Assembly (NCBI RefSeq): GCF_003704095.1
Contig: NW_020843606.1
Coordinates: 186,001-250,000 of the forward strand
Length of the DNA: 64,000 nucleotides
Origin: Pocillopora damicornis
Taxonomy: Eukaryota
Direction of reading: 5' to 3'
The notes below the pieces were generated by a model. It worked only from the letters and a program-made list of their open reading frames with translations, had not been told where the DNA came from and did not search any database. Below, piece after piece: positions 37,341 to 49,000 of the stretch (positions within the stretch are counted from its first letter, which is position 1; each line of letters begins with the position of its first letter). A program made the position numbers and the translations under genes.

Positions 37341-38495
37341 ATGGCTGCCTTGGAGTTCGAAGCCGCAAACAAATTCGCGCTAGATCTTCATAAATGCCTG
37401 AAAAGTACCGATAAATTTGCCGGTGAAAACCTCTTCTACTCTCCTTCAAGTTTACTGATTGCACTTGCGATGACTTCTTTCGGAACGAGGGGGAATACTG
37501 CTTTGGAACTAATGAAAGTTTTGCACGTGGATTCAGTTTCATCAGATGATTTGGGCAAGAGCATGAAGAACTTCATCGATAGCTTGAATAGGGCAAGTGA
37601 TGAAAACAACAAGCTTCTGATAGCTAACCGACTCTTCGTGCAAAAGAGCTTCGAAATCCTGTCGTCCTTTCAACAAGGAATGCGAGAGTTCTACCGCGCT
37701 GAAATCGCTTTGGTAGACTACATTGCAAATGTCGAGAAAGCTAGAGAAGAGATCAACAAATGGGTCGAACAGCAAACAAACGATAAGATTAAAGATCTTA
37801 TTCCTGCAGGAATGCTGGGTTCGGATACCAGGCTGACTCTGGTGAACGCGATCTACTTCAAAAGTGTGTGGCAAGAGAAGTTCAAAAAAGAAGACACGTT
37901 CACAGGGTCATTCTTCCCGTCACAAAAAGAAGAAATGAAAGTGGAAATGATGTGCCAAGAAGGTGATTTTAAGTTTGTGGAGTCAAAGGATCTGGCTTGT
38001 CAAATTCTTGAAATGCCATACCTGGGTAATAAATTGTCTATGGTAATCTTTCTTCCCGTGGAAATTGATGGTCTGGCCAAGCTGGAAAACAGGATCACTT
38101 ATGAGACTCTTCAGCAGTCACTATCCCTGCTTAATGGTTCAATGGGTGAAGTTGAAGTCATTTTGCCTAAATTTAAGCTGACTCAGCAGTTTGACCTCAA
38201 CAACGTGTTGGCAAAGATGGGAGCAGAAGAGATGTTTATTCCTGGAAAGGCTGACCTGTCTGGTATCTCAAGTGAGCCACTGTGTGTTTCAAAGATTGTG
38301 CACAAGGCATTTGTCGAGGTGGATGAAGAAGGCACCGAAGCAGCTGCTGCTACTGCTATTGGTGTGGCTCTAATGAGTATGCCTTTGCCGAAGCCAATGT
38401 TCAAAGCTGATCACCCTTTCCTGTTCATTATAAGACAAAATGAATCAGGAGCCATTCTGTTCCTTGGTCGGCTTATGAAACCAAGTCTTGAATAA
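37341..38495 (+). CDS. Intracellular inhibitory serpin (SERPINB/leukocyte elastase inhibitor-like), single exon, 384 aa
   Basis: NLFYSP, LVNAIYFK, hinge EEGTEAAAATA and FKADHPFLF. No signal peptide. Confidence 0.95.
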   Translation: MAALEFEAANKFALDLHKCLKSTDKFAGENLFYSPSSLLIALAMTSFGTRGNTALELMKVLHVDSVSSDDLGKSMKNFIDSLNRASDENNKLLIANRLFVQKSFEILSSFQQGMREFYRAEIALVDYIANVEKAREEINKWVEQQTNDKIKDLIPAGMLGSDTRLTLVNAIYFKSVWQEKFKKEDTFTGSFFPSQKEEMKVEMMCQEGDFKFVESKDLACQILEMPYLGNKLSMVIFLPVEIDGLAKLENRITYETLQQSLSLLNGSMGEVEVILPKFKLTQQFDLNNVLAKMGAEEMFIPGKADLSGISSEPLCVSKIVHKAFVEVDEEGTEAAAATAIGVALMSMPLPKPMFKADHPFLFIIRQNESGAILFLGRLMKPSLE

Positions 38496-38544
38496 ACCAA
38501 AGACACTGATCAAATAGTCAAAATACTGAAAGAGAGACTTAGCA

Positions 38545-38735
38545 GTTAGATATAGAGTGACCAGCATCTATTTTCTCCTTACAATAATATTGCTGAATCA
38601 TTCATTTAAGATCATGAGAATAAAGGAAATGATCACCAACTAAAGAAGCTCTTGATTGTTAAACAAATTCTCCTTGTCAGCACCTTAGGAAATGTATAGA
38701 GAACAGTATGGAGAATATACATACTGATGTTAGTT
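38545..38735 (-). mobile_element. piggyBac-like MITE copy (family also at ~42417-42623, ~54547-54755 and ~56410-56477)
   Basis: Shared core ATCAGTATGCATATTCTCCATACTGTTCTC...TTCCTAAGGTGCTGACAAGGAGAATTTG. More complete copies end in AAAGGGTTAA-like termini. Confidence 0.7.
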
Positions 38736-39718
38736 TAGAAATAATTAATAAATAATTAATAGTTTAGACTGGATATTGAGGTAAAGAGGTCTCTCTCTAG
38801 TGACTTCGATGATTATAGACCTTAGACTATTTGTGCTTGGAACTCTTTAACTCCCAAGATCTGATTGTTAATTCTCCCCTCTAGCTGCAACTCATTTCCT
38901 TGTAATGGATAAAGAGAATGTGTTGTCTGATCAAGGTTGGAACTTTTGCATGATAAATTCTAGAATTCTCATTACCTGTTTGCTGGATAATGTATGGATG
39001 TTGAAAGGGAGAAGTTACATGATGAAAGGAAGAAGCTCTTGTTATAATAATGAAAATATTTAAAGCTAAGAATTAAAATAAGAAATTCATGTTGGTTGGA
39101 TTTTGTTTTTGTAGAGAAGCATTGCCAAATTTTTTGGAGTGTTATTTCAAAAGTGTTGTAAGTTTTTGAGGTAAAAGAAAAATACAAATGCTTTGAAATA
39201 CAATGAAAAGTGGTAATTTTAAGTTAGGTGAAACATTCAGAGAAAATTATTTCTTTTCTAATGAAATTTAAAGATTTCCTTTGTAATTCAACATCTATTA
39301 GGGCCTTAAAGTTTATTTCATGGTTAGGACTGATATAAATAATTTCCAAAACATTCAAATAGTTTAAATATGATAAAAAAAAAAAAAATTGTAAAATTTA
39401 TGTGTTATGATCAACATCTGACAGTTAGGCTACTACTGTATGAAAATATTTTAATATTGTAAAACTAATTTCCAAGATTTTGTTCTGCATATTATTAGAT
39501 AAATAATTATGAGATTATATCATGAGAAATAAAAGAAACCTTATAGGTTTTAGTACTTTGTTGCTCTTTTTCTCCTCGCCGCATTCACCCCAAGTCATTG
39601 ATATGAATCCTAATTAGCAGAAATAGTCGGAAGTCTAAATACTCTCAGCTTCTTCCCAAAATTGATCATTTATGAGCATTCTTGATATCTTTTGACATGC
39701 TGTCTTTAGGTGATATCA

Positions 39719-39750
<32 letters not shown>

Positions 39751-39751
39751 C
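39719..39751 (+). repeat. (CT)n microsatellite
   Basis: Direct observation. Confidence 0.9.
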
Positions 39752-40043
39752 TGCCCCCCCTCCCTCTCTTTCCAACTTTCTTCTTTTGCATATTTGCATG
39801 TGTATCTGTCTTTTTCGGTTATTCTGTTGTATTTGACTTTTGTCTTTCCGGTTTTAATTTATTTTGCTACTAAAATCGAGACGCTCAGGTCACAGATAAG
39901 TCACGAAATCCTTGCACGAAACGATGAGACGGACGCGACGTGATTATGTTTGTGATCAGCGGTTTGTCGGTCAGAAACCCGCGAAACATGGCTTCTTGGG
40001 CAGCGATTGAATGAGCAAATCGGTCGCCCAAAATAACCAAGTT

Positions 40044-43000
40044 ATGGCGAGATTGAGGTCAGATTCTGCTAAAACGAAGAGAGAAACTACGAGGAAAACT
40101 TCTTCTGCCTCAAGAGTTTGTAAAAATGGTAAATCTGGAGCGACAGCGGCGAAGAACTCTGTATCTTCAAAAGCAAGCTTGCGATCAGTCAAGCGCGAAA
40201 TAGAACCGGCTGCCGATTCTTTACAGAAATCAACTAAGTGCTGTGACAAATCGACGGATGAACCCTCCAGAAACGGTGAGTTTTTCGAAAATATTCTGGG
40301 CGTCTTACCTTTACAAAAGTGACTTCGTCTTATTTTCTGTTGATCAGTAGCTGCGATTGCAGTGAAGGTGGTTATGAATTAGCAATACCTTCTTTAGTTA
40401 CGTAACACACAAGGGGGCTTTGTACCCAATTCTGGGGCTCTGAAAAGATTTTCTATTAGGGGGGTGAATGGCGGAAACTAGTATCTTAGTTGCCTTTGGA
40501 AAACACGTTAGGTTGCCGCGGTATTATGAATTTACTTCTCTTGAAAGGGTTTGTACCACATACATCTACCCTCTCTCTACCCCACCCTTTGCTAAATGTT
40601 TGTCCTTGTTATAGAGCCATGAATGGTTAAGGTAATTTACAAGTATGATATTAGCTGCAGTCACACTAGACATTTTAACCAGGTTATTTCTAATTAATCA
40701 ATTAGAGTTAATGTACCTTGTTGTCGTGGCTGTTGTTACCAGACTCCATGTTCAGAAGTAATGCACTTCTTTGTGCCATGTAGAACAACATTTCCCACAC
40801 AGACCACAATGACTGGCACATTTGGGGAAAAAAGCAATTCACGGCACTGATAAGAAACCACTAACCTGTGTCTAACTACACAGAAAGGTAGTTCAGAATT
40901 AGCCAAACTCAGTTAAAAAATCTTTTGTTCTCCATCCATTTATATGGTGACTGTTTACCCTTTAACTCCCACGAGTCACCATAACAGAATTTCTCCTCTT
41001 ACCATATCAACACCATGCCAAGAAGACAGGTGATAAGAATAAAGAGAAATATGAGTTGGGCAATTGTTAGTTGATTCAATACTGAATTTACCAAACATCA
41101 CAAGAACTGTATGGCAGACAGTAAGGAGAATTACTTATGTGATCTGGGATTGAAAGGGTTAAGCCAGTTTCAGTTTGATAAAGAGTCAAAAAAGCGGCTG
41201 CATCATGATTTTTCAGTTACTCGGTCACTCAAGCACCACAATCCAATTGCCGTAGGATTTACAATCAGTACTGCTACTTAGATACAATTGTTTCTTTTTA
41301 TCATAAATATTGAAAGAATACATCACTGTGCTTGAAAGACCTTGATGTTCATTCAAAAGTGCTCTACAAAAGTTACACATGGCAGGATTCATGATTTCCC
41401 CAAGCCATCTCTGATTTCTTGGATAGAACCAAACTCAGGGACAATTGATTCAACCACAATAGAGGACAATCTGATATCTACACAAAATCAACATCATGCT
41501 GAAGGACAGTACCTTGGAAGTTTGTGTGGTATGCATCTGAAGGAAGAGGGATTACCATGTCTGTGAGGGTATAGAAAGGAGACTAAATGAAAGAAAGAGA
41601 AACCAGAAAATAAGAACATGGTCATCAACTTCTGCATTTTATTTGGTTTTCCCCATGATGTCAATTAGGTTCACCTACTCTATAACCCTTGTTAATGTGG
41701 TAATTCAAAAGATATAACCCCTTTGTTTCATCTCAACCAAATCTTTCACCAAGTTAAGTTTTTAGGAAATCTGAACCAGGTGTCTTAAAAAAAGACCCAG
41801 TTAACTACCCTGGTGTGGCTGCAGCCATTAATTCATATTCTTACTAAGGGTATAAATATTTGTTATTTTAAAACTTAGGGCCCTCTCACAGAGGCAAGAG
41901 GAGAAAGTTCTCATCCCAGGAGCTTAGTGAATCTCCCTCAAAAAAACCTAAAGTGAATTTATCTGAAGACCAAATGCCAGAGAATGTGAAAAATGTAGAT
42001 GGCAAGAAAAGATTTTCCAAGGCAGAGAAACGTAAATCATCTGCATGTTTGAAACAAGCCTCTAATAAGAATGATGTGAAACCAAAGGCCACCTCCCTTG
42101 AGTTGAAACAGGTGCATGTACCTATCGCAAAGATAAAAGGGAAGCTGAAAAAAGGAAGTCCAGTGAAACATAAACATTCACCTGTACCTACTCCTGGAGA
42201 TGAACAGAGTTCACCTAGAAAACACCATGCAGCTGCAAGCAAAAGGTTGAAACTAGATTTGAAAGAAAATATCAAAGAAGAGAATGATGTTGAGGAAAGT
42301 AAAGCAAAAGAATCTGTGGAAGATGATTCTAGTGATGATGAGGAGATAGAGTGGGAAGATGTTGATGGTAGGTATACAATATGTGTTTTGGCATAAGAAC
42401 CAATGAGACAATTGTTTACCCTTGGGCCACTTAGAATGACCAGCATATAATTTCTCCTTACCACATCACCCCTGAATCATACATTTACTTCATGAGAATA
42501 GAGAAAATAATTACCAATTCAAAAAAATCTTGATTATTCAACAAAGTCTCCTTGTCAGAATGCTAAGAAATGCATAAAAAACAGTATGGAGAATTTGCAT
42601 ACTGTTAGGGTGTAAAGGGTTAAGATAAAGGAAAGGATCGCTATAATTTGAGATGCAATAATATCGTTCTATAAAGAATTAAACGTAGTTTCTTACTCCA
42701 TGGGAGGGGTGACTGAAGCCCCCTTGAAGGAGGGGGAGGAGGATAAAGTCTCAAAAACTGAAATTTGTAGAGGAATACCTGGAGCAAAACTTACCAACAC
42801 TGGACATTTATCCCAGTTCAATGTAATTGTAATTGTTTAAAAAGAATATTTAGTCTTAAAGTTTGAATAAATGTACCAATAATTCTCTGTTTTGATTTGC
42901 TTTGTTTTGGTAGAGGCTGATGTTGTGGATCATGGACCTGAACACGAGGAAGCTTCAACCTCACAGGAGGATCAGCCACCCAGCAAAAGCAGTGTTGAGA

Positions 43001-46000
43001 TCAGTATCACAGTACCGGGAACAAAAAAGAAAAAAAAAGGATGGTAATCTCATATCTTAATATTGAATTGATTACAACTAATCATGCAGTCAGTCAGTCA
43101 ATTAATCAATCATTCAGTCAGTCTGTCAATCAGTGAATCAATCAATGAATCAGTCGGTCTGTCAATCAGTCAATCAGCCATCAGTCAGTCAGTCAATCAG
43201 TAAGTCTATCAATCAGTTAATCAGTCAGTGAGTCAGTCAGGCAATCAGGTATTAACTCAGTAAGTCAGTTAGTCAGTCACTCAATCAGTCAGTGAGTCAG
43301 TGAGTCAGTTAGTCAGTTAGTCAGTCAGTCAGTCAGTCATTCTGTCAGTAGGTCAGTTAGTCAGTGAGTCAGTAAGTCAGTGAGTCAGTAATCAGACAGT
43401 TAGTTAGTAATCCAAGCAGCCAATCAGTGTGTTCTTCAAATTTGGCTGGAAAAAAGGAATTGTCTTCCCTCACTTTTAAATATGTTTTTCGTTAGTGATA
43501 AAACTCTCCTTTTTTTTGTCCTTTTTACTGTTTTACAGGAGTCATGAAGATGTTGTTAAATACATTAAAAGAGCAATTAACAGATTTAGGAAAGATGTTT
43601 ACACCAGTGCCCACAAGGTATTGGACAGTTGTTCCATAATATAACATTGTGCATGGCTTGTCTTCAATACAGTGTATATATACATTATTGACCAAGCATG
43701 AGGCCATCATGGCTGGATATTGGCCAATTTCTTTCCATGGGTGCTGCCAACTATATGAAATGTGATGTTTGTAGTATTAAACCATTTAATTTCTCTTTTA
43801 CATTGCATGTTTTCCTCAGGTTCACATTTTGACTCTTATTGCACATGGATTCTTTAGAAACAACATTTGTAATGGGTCCCTGCTACAGGTAAAAAAAAAA
43901 TTTGATTACAACCCCCCTAGACCAAGTTGTTCAAATGCCAATAAGCAGTAACCCAGGGTTAAATTTTGATCCTGCTTTCTTTGTTCCTTTGTTCTAAAGC
44001 ATTTTTCCTTTTTTCTTTTTTTCTTCTTTCTTTTTAGAGCATCCAATCATCAAATTGTAGCAAAAAAGAGTTACACTGAATTTTCATTTTAAGCTTTCAT
44101 CTCTGAAATCAGATTTCACACTAACCAGGGTCATCTAATCCAGCTTTGAACAACCCAGCCCTGTAGTACAATTTCTGACCTAAAAAATAGGCTTTTGTTT
44201 GTTTTCAAGGACAATGCTCCAACCAGACAGAAAATCTTGTTAATTCTTGAAATCTCTTTTGCTGTTTTGAAGGTTTGAGTGATCTTAAGTCTAAAGAAGT
44301 TACCAAATACCAACTGATAATTTCAACTTTTCATTCTTCAGGCTATTCTGCTATCCCATGTTCCAGGGGACTTTGTTTCTGTGAACAAGAGGAAATGGGA
44401 CGTGGTGCAACTTACAAACTTCTTGAAATGGTTAGACTTCTTTTTTTCTTTTTTTTTTTTAAGAAAAAGAGATATCATGAGGATAAAGTAATGTACATGT
44501 AAAACTCAGCCCTCCATCACTCTGACAAAGGGCTATCGCTCGAAAGGTTAGCCTTTAAACTCTTTACAGTGGTCAATTTACATTTTCAACACTAAATTAC
44601 CTGTTATACTCTTCCACCAATGCAGCACCAGTTTTTTTAGAAACTTACCATCTCTATCCTTAAAATTGTATGTTTATTGATAAACATTGCATATATGCAG
44701 TTATATGTTTGGATTACCCCATAGCTTCTGATGTCTCAAAATTCAGGTTTCAAAGTGAGTTCTCCAGCACTGATGATTTAAGAACTGGAGACAAAGAGGT
44801 AACAATTTAAAACTACATTAAATCAGTATCTAATCATAAATGGAATATGCCTACCATGCTTATTAATCCCATTTATGTTCAATTTTATGTGTGTGTGTAT
44901 TTGCTATCACCACATAATCAGTATCCCTCACTCCTAGTTTCTGTTGTCTATCACACCTCACCCAATTGCCTGGCCACACCCAATTCCCCTCTCACTTGCA
45001 CAACATTTCCATCCCTTGTCCCTATCCTCCCTGTTCCAAACCTCCATTCCCACTCCTGTTTCCACACCCTGCCCCAAATCCCTGTTCCCCTTTCCAATGT
45101 CCCAGTGTTTTCCCTTGTTTCCATTTCCTGTAATCATCCCCCAATCCCTGTTCCTTTTCCATTTGCTCATCTCCTGTCATCTCTCACTGTATCTCCATCC
45201 ACTTTAGCTGCCTTTACACCATCCCAGACCCCTCTCTTACCTTTCATTCCTCCAGTTCCCATATCCTGTTCCCAGAGCTTGTCCCATGTCATTATTTCCT
45301 ATCCCATTCCTCAGTTCCAGTCCCATCCCCATCTCTGTTCATTGCTCCTACTTCCTGTTCTTATCCCCTGCTCATGCCTCATTTTCCTACCATTTCACTT
45401 TCCTTCCTGTTTTCTGGAGATAATTCAACTAACTCCTTTTCTATTGTTCTTTTAGACAGACAAACAGATTGCCAGATTTCAAAACTTATCTGAGGTTTGT
45501 AGTTATGAAGAAAGCTTAACTTAATTAACACTGAACAGTTGTGAGTATAAATTAATTAACTGTGATCAGTTAAATTGACAACATAATCAGTAAACCTTCC
45601 CTTGATCAATTTTTTTCGTTGTAATCTGTTAAGAATGTGATTTGTCAAAAACAGAAGTAAATGGAACTTGGGAGTCGCTGTGTATCATAATAAAATTATT
45701 CTTGGGTAGCTTATCACAGAGTCATCAGGACTGAATTTAATGGGGTTTCTTGTGTGTATCTGGTTGATGTATTACTCAGCTTGTATATGACTTATCCAAA
45801 GTGGAATGTATACCCACTAAAAGCTCAATTGTCCTTACATGTTCTTACAATAAATTTTCAGGTATTTGTGACAATCTTCAGAGCACTTGGATTTCTGACA
45901 AGGCTTGTGTATTCCCTTCAGGTAAGATTTTCCAAACATTTATCAGATAAACAGATCTCTAATTTTGCCTAACTAGAGGAACTAGAGAGGGGAAGTTATG

Positions 46001-49000
46001 CATCTTCCAGACCACATACTTACAAAATGTTGACATCCTAAGGAGACTGATTAACAATGTATTTGTCTTTACTTTGTTTATGTCAGCCCATGTCAGCTAA
46101 AGGTGACGTAGATGGTAAAACAAGCTCTAAAGTGAGTACTGAATTGTGTTCATCAACAAATTGATCATCTTTTATCAATAGATGGCAAAGAAAAATTTGA
46201 TTGATTACAGAGCTAATTAACAACTCATTTTAATGATTACAATATTGTTATTTGTGCAGACTGTGAAGAAGAATACTCCCAAGGGGAAAAAAGTATCTCC
46301 TCAAAATTCAAAAAAATTATCACCGCCACATGTTCAGGAGGAAGCTGCTACAAAGTCAAAGAATTTCAAATCAGAAAATGAATCCAAGACAACTCCATCT
46401 AAATCTGTGACACTCGTTTCTGAAAATACAAGTGATGTTGACAGTAAGAAATTAAAAAAGGAGAAGGTAACTAAAACTGGTACAAAGGAAGGAGGTAAAT
46501 TGATTAGCGGTGTTCAAAGAACTCCTAAGACTTCTGATAAGAATAGCAAAGTCAGCAAGACTAGGAAAAAGAACAAGGATAACATTGGTAATGACCCTGC
46601 AAAAAAACCGGTGAAGAAGAGACCTTTACGCAAGAGAGCCAAGGTAGATTACTCACTCAGTGACCATGAGAAGGAAATTGAGGATGACAAAGAATGGAGT
46701 GAACCATCTAGTGAAAGTGAAGAGGAGGGAGACACAAACTGCTCAGAAAAATTCCCAAAGAAGAAAAACAAGTCTCCTCTGGCCAGGACAAAAGTGTCCT
46801 CGGCAGATAGTTGTAATGGTACACCAACTGAGAACAGTAGCATGTCATTAATTAATCTTTTGGATGATGATAGTGATTTTGAAGTTTCAAGCAAACCATT
46901 GGTTAAAAGAAAACTGGCTGCTGATTCATCAAATAAAAAGAAGCCTGTGAAGATTATCAGCTCTGATGATTCTGATGAAAGTATCAAGTGTTTGGAAGTT
47001 TTTGCTGATGAAACAGGTTTGTATCACAAGTAGGAATGTGTGCACTTGTTTGGTTAGCCATTACTGTGGAATGGAGAACAAGATGCCTTTTCATAGCATG
47101 CAAAATTATCTCCCTTTTCTTGAGGAAAAGGAAATGCCCATAGGCTTCCAAAAAAGGCTTTTCTATCTTTTTTATAATAGTGCTATATTGTAACAAACAG
47201 GTGTTTTTACTTAGGCAGTATGTTTAATTCAACAGGTATCAATTGGTGGACTGAGGTGTTTTTGCCTTCTGACAAGAAATGGATTTGTAAGTGTAATGCT
47301 TGAGCAGCGATATTCTCTCTTAATTCTCTGAGGTAATAATATTTCTATTATCATAATGGGGACATGACAAAGCATTGCTAAGTTTCTTTCCTTTTTTTGC
47401 CAGGTGTTCATCTTGAATCTTCTAGTGTCAATCATCCTGAACTGTGTGAACAACAGGCAACCCAACCTATGGTATATGTTGTGTCATTTGATAATGGTTA
47501 GTTTGACGATATTAATTTTCACTTGATACTTGTGTCGTTTTACCTCATTCCACTTCTCTTTTCTTAGTACCTTACAAAGTGCTTGTAAAAGTACATTTAC
47601 GGTTGAAGTGTTTTTATATCTTTCCTTTAAGATAATTCTGTCAAAGACGTCACAAATAGGTATGCCTCTTCCTTCATGTCTAAGACCAGGAAGCTTCGCA
47701 TTGATTCTGATTGGTGGGAAGATACACTTCTTCCATACAAGTCAAAAAATAAGGTAAAATGCTGTATTATTCAATGTTGTATTAATACCACTATTTTGAA
47801 ATACAGTTCTGTATATTTTAACGTTATGTTATAGGAATAGCTTAAACTGTTAGAGATGGTTTTGTATCATCCAACATCAATTTAAGTGAAAGAATAACGT
47901 GAATCACTAGACTATTAATTAAGACTGCTTTTCTCTTTTTGGCCAGAAAATGGATAAGATGGAAAATTCTCTTCTTGAGGGTATGTATTAAGCTCCACAC
48001 CAGAACCAGAGGAGTTGTATTTGACGTTAAATCCAGTTGAATTGATCGAACAATTGCAGCACAACTCGAGCTTTGCCTTTTTAAACGTTCACAGTTTTAC
48101 CTTTTTTCCCACTAGATCAACTTCTTGACAAACCTCTGCCCACCAGCATAACGGAGTACAAAAACCATCCTCTGTGAGTTTATGTTGAATTCCTTTCCCT
48201 CTTTACACTTCTAGGACAAGTGAGTCAGTTAAATGTAATTGTTTGCGTTAACTTGCAGTTACGTGTTGAAGAGACATCTCCTTAAATTTGAAGGTTAGTT
48301 AAAGTATACAACCTTACTGGTAGACTTAGGATATCCGCCTGTCACTCACATTTGTTCTTGACGTCATGTGGCGCCACTATTATCGGTAGCAAAATTCTTT
48401 GAAGTCACTGTTTCCTGTGACCTCTAATAAGTCTTTGATCGACGTATTCCTTTTTCCTCAGTCCTAAAGGCATTTATCCACAAATGTTGTGCAATGAAAG
48501 TCACCATAAAGTTGTAAATGCAAAAAATTGATGCTTTGATTTAACTAACAGTTGTCATGATGATTAGGACTTTGATTTCTCAGGCTTGTACCCAGAAACT
48601 GCAGCCATTTTGGGTTATTGCCGCGGTGAAGCAGTCTACTCAAGACAATGTGTTCATTTGGTGAGTAAACTCTTCCACTCGCTTTGAGAATTTGGTGTCA
48701 GATCAAGCAATATCCCCTAGTTGGTATTTTTTTACCTCCTCAACTCGTTTCTGCTTGAAAATGTGTTGATACTATTAGTTCTTTAGTTGATCTTACAATC
48801 GCTGGACTATCGCTTGAGAAATTTTTAATTGAAATGTCGAAAGTATAAATCGGGGATTGCTATGGTTTTTCTTCTGACACGATGTGTGATTGGTTTAGAA
48901 AACTCGCGCCACTTTCTCGGCAAATCAGATTTCGAGCCAACACCACTCGCGACTTGGTCACCCGCGTTTTCCCGCGCTTCAGGCTTCAGGTTCTTTAAGT

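Noticed and set aside
41886-42464. Antisense ORFs over XPC, serpin and TMEM exons (also 27339, 30139, 37542, 46649)
   Set aside because: Shadow frames of real coding exons.
44847-45455. 202-aa Pro-rich ORF
   Set aside because: Pyrimidine-rich low-complexity intron of XPC with no domain features.
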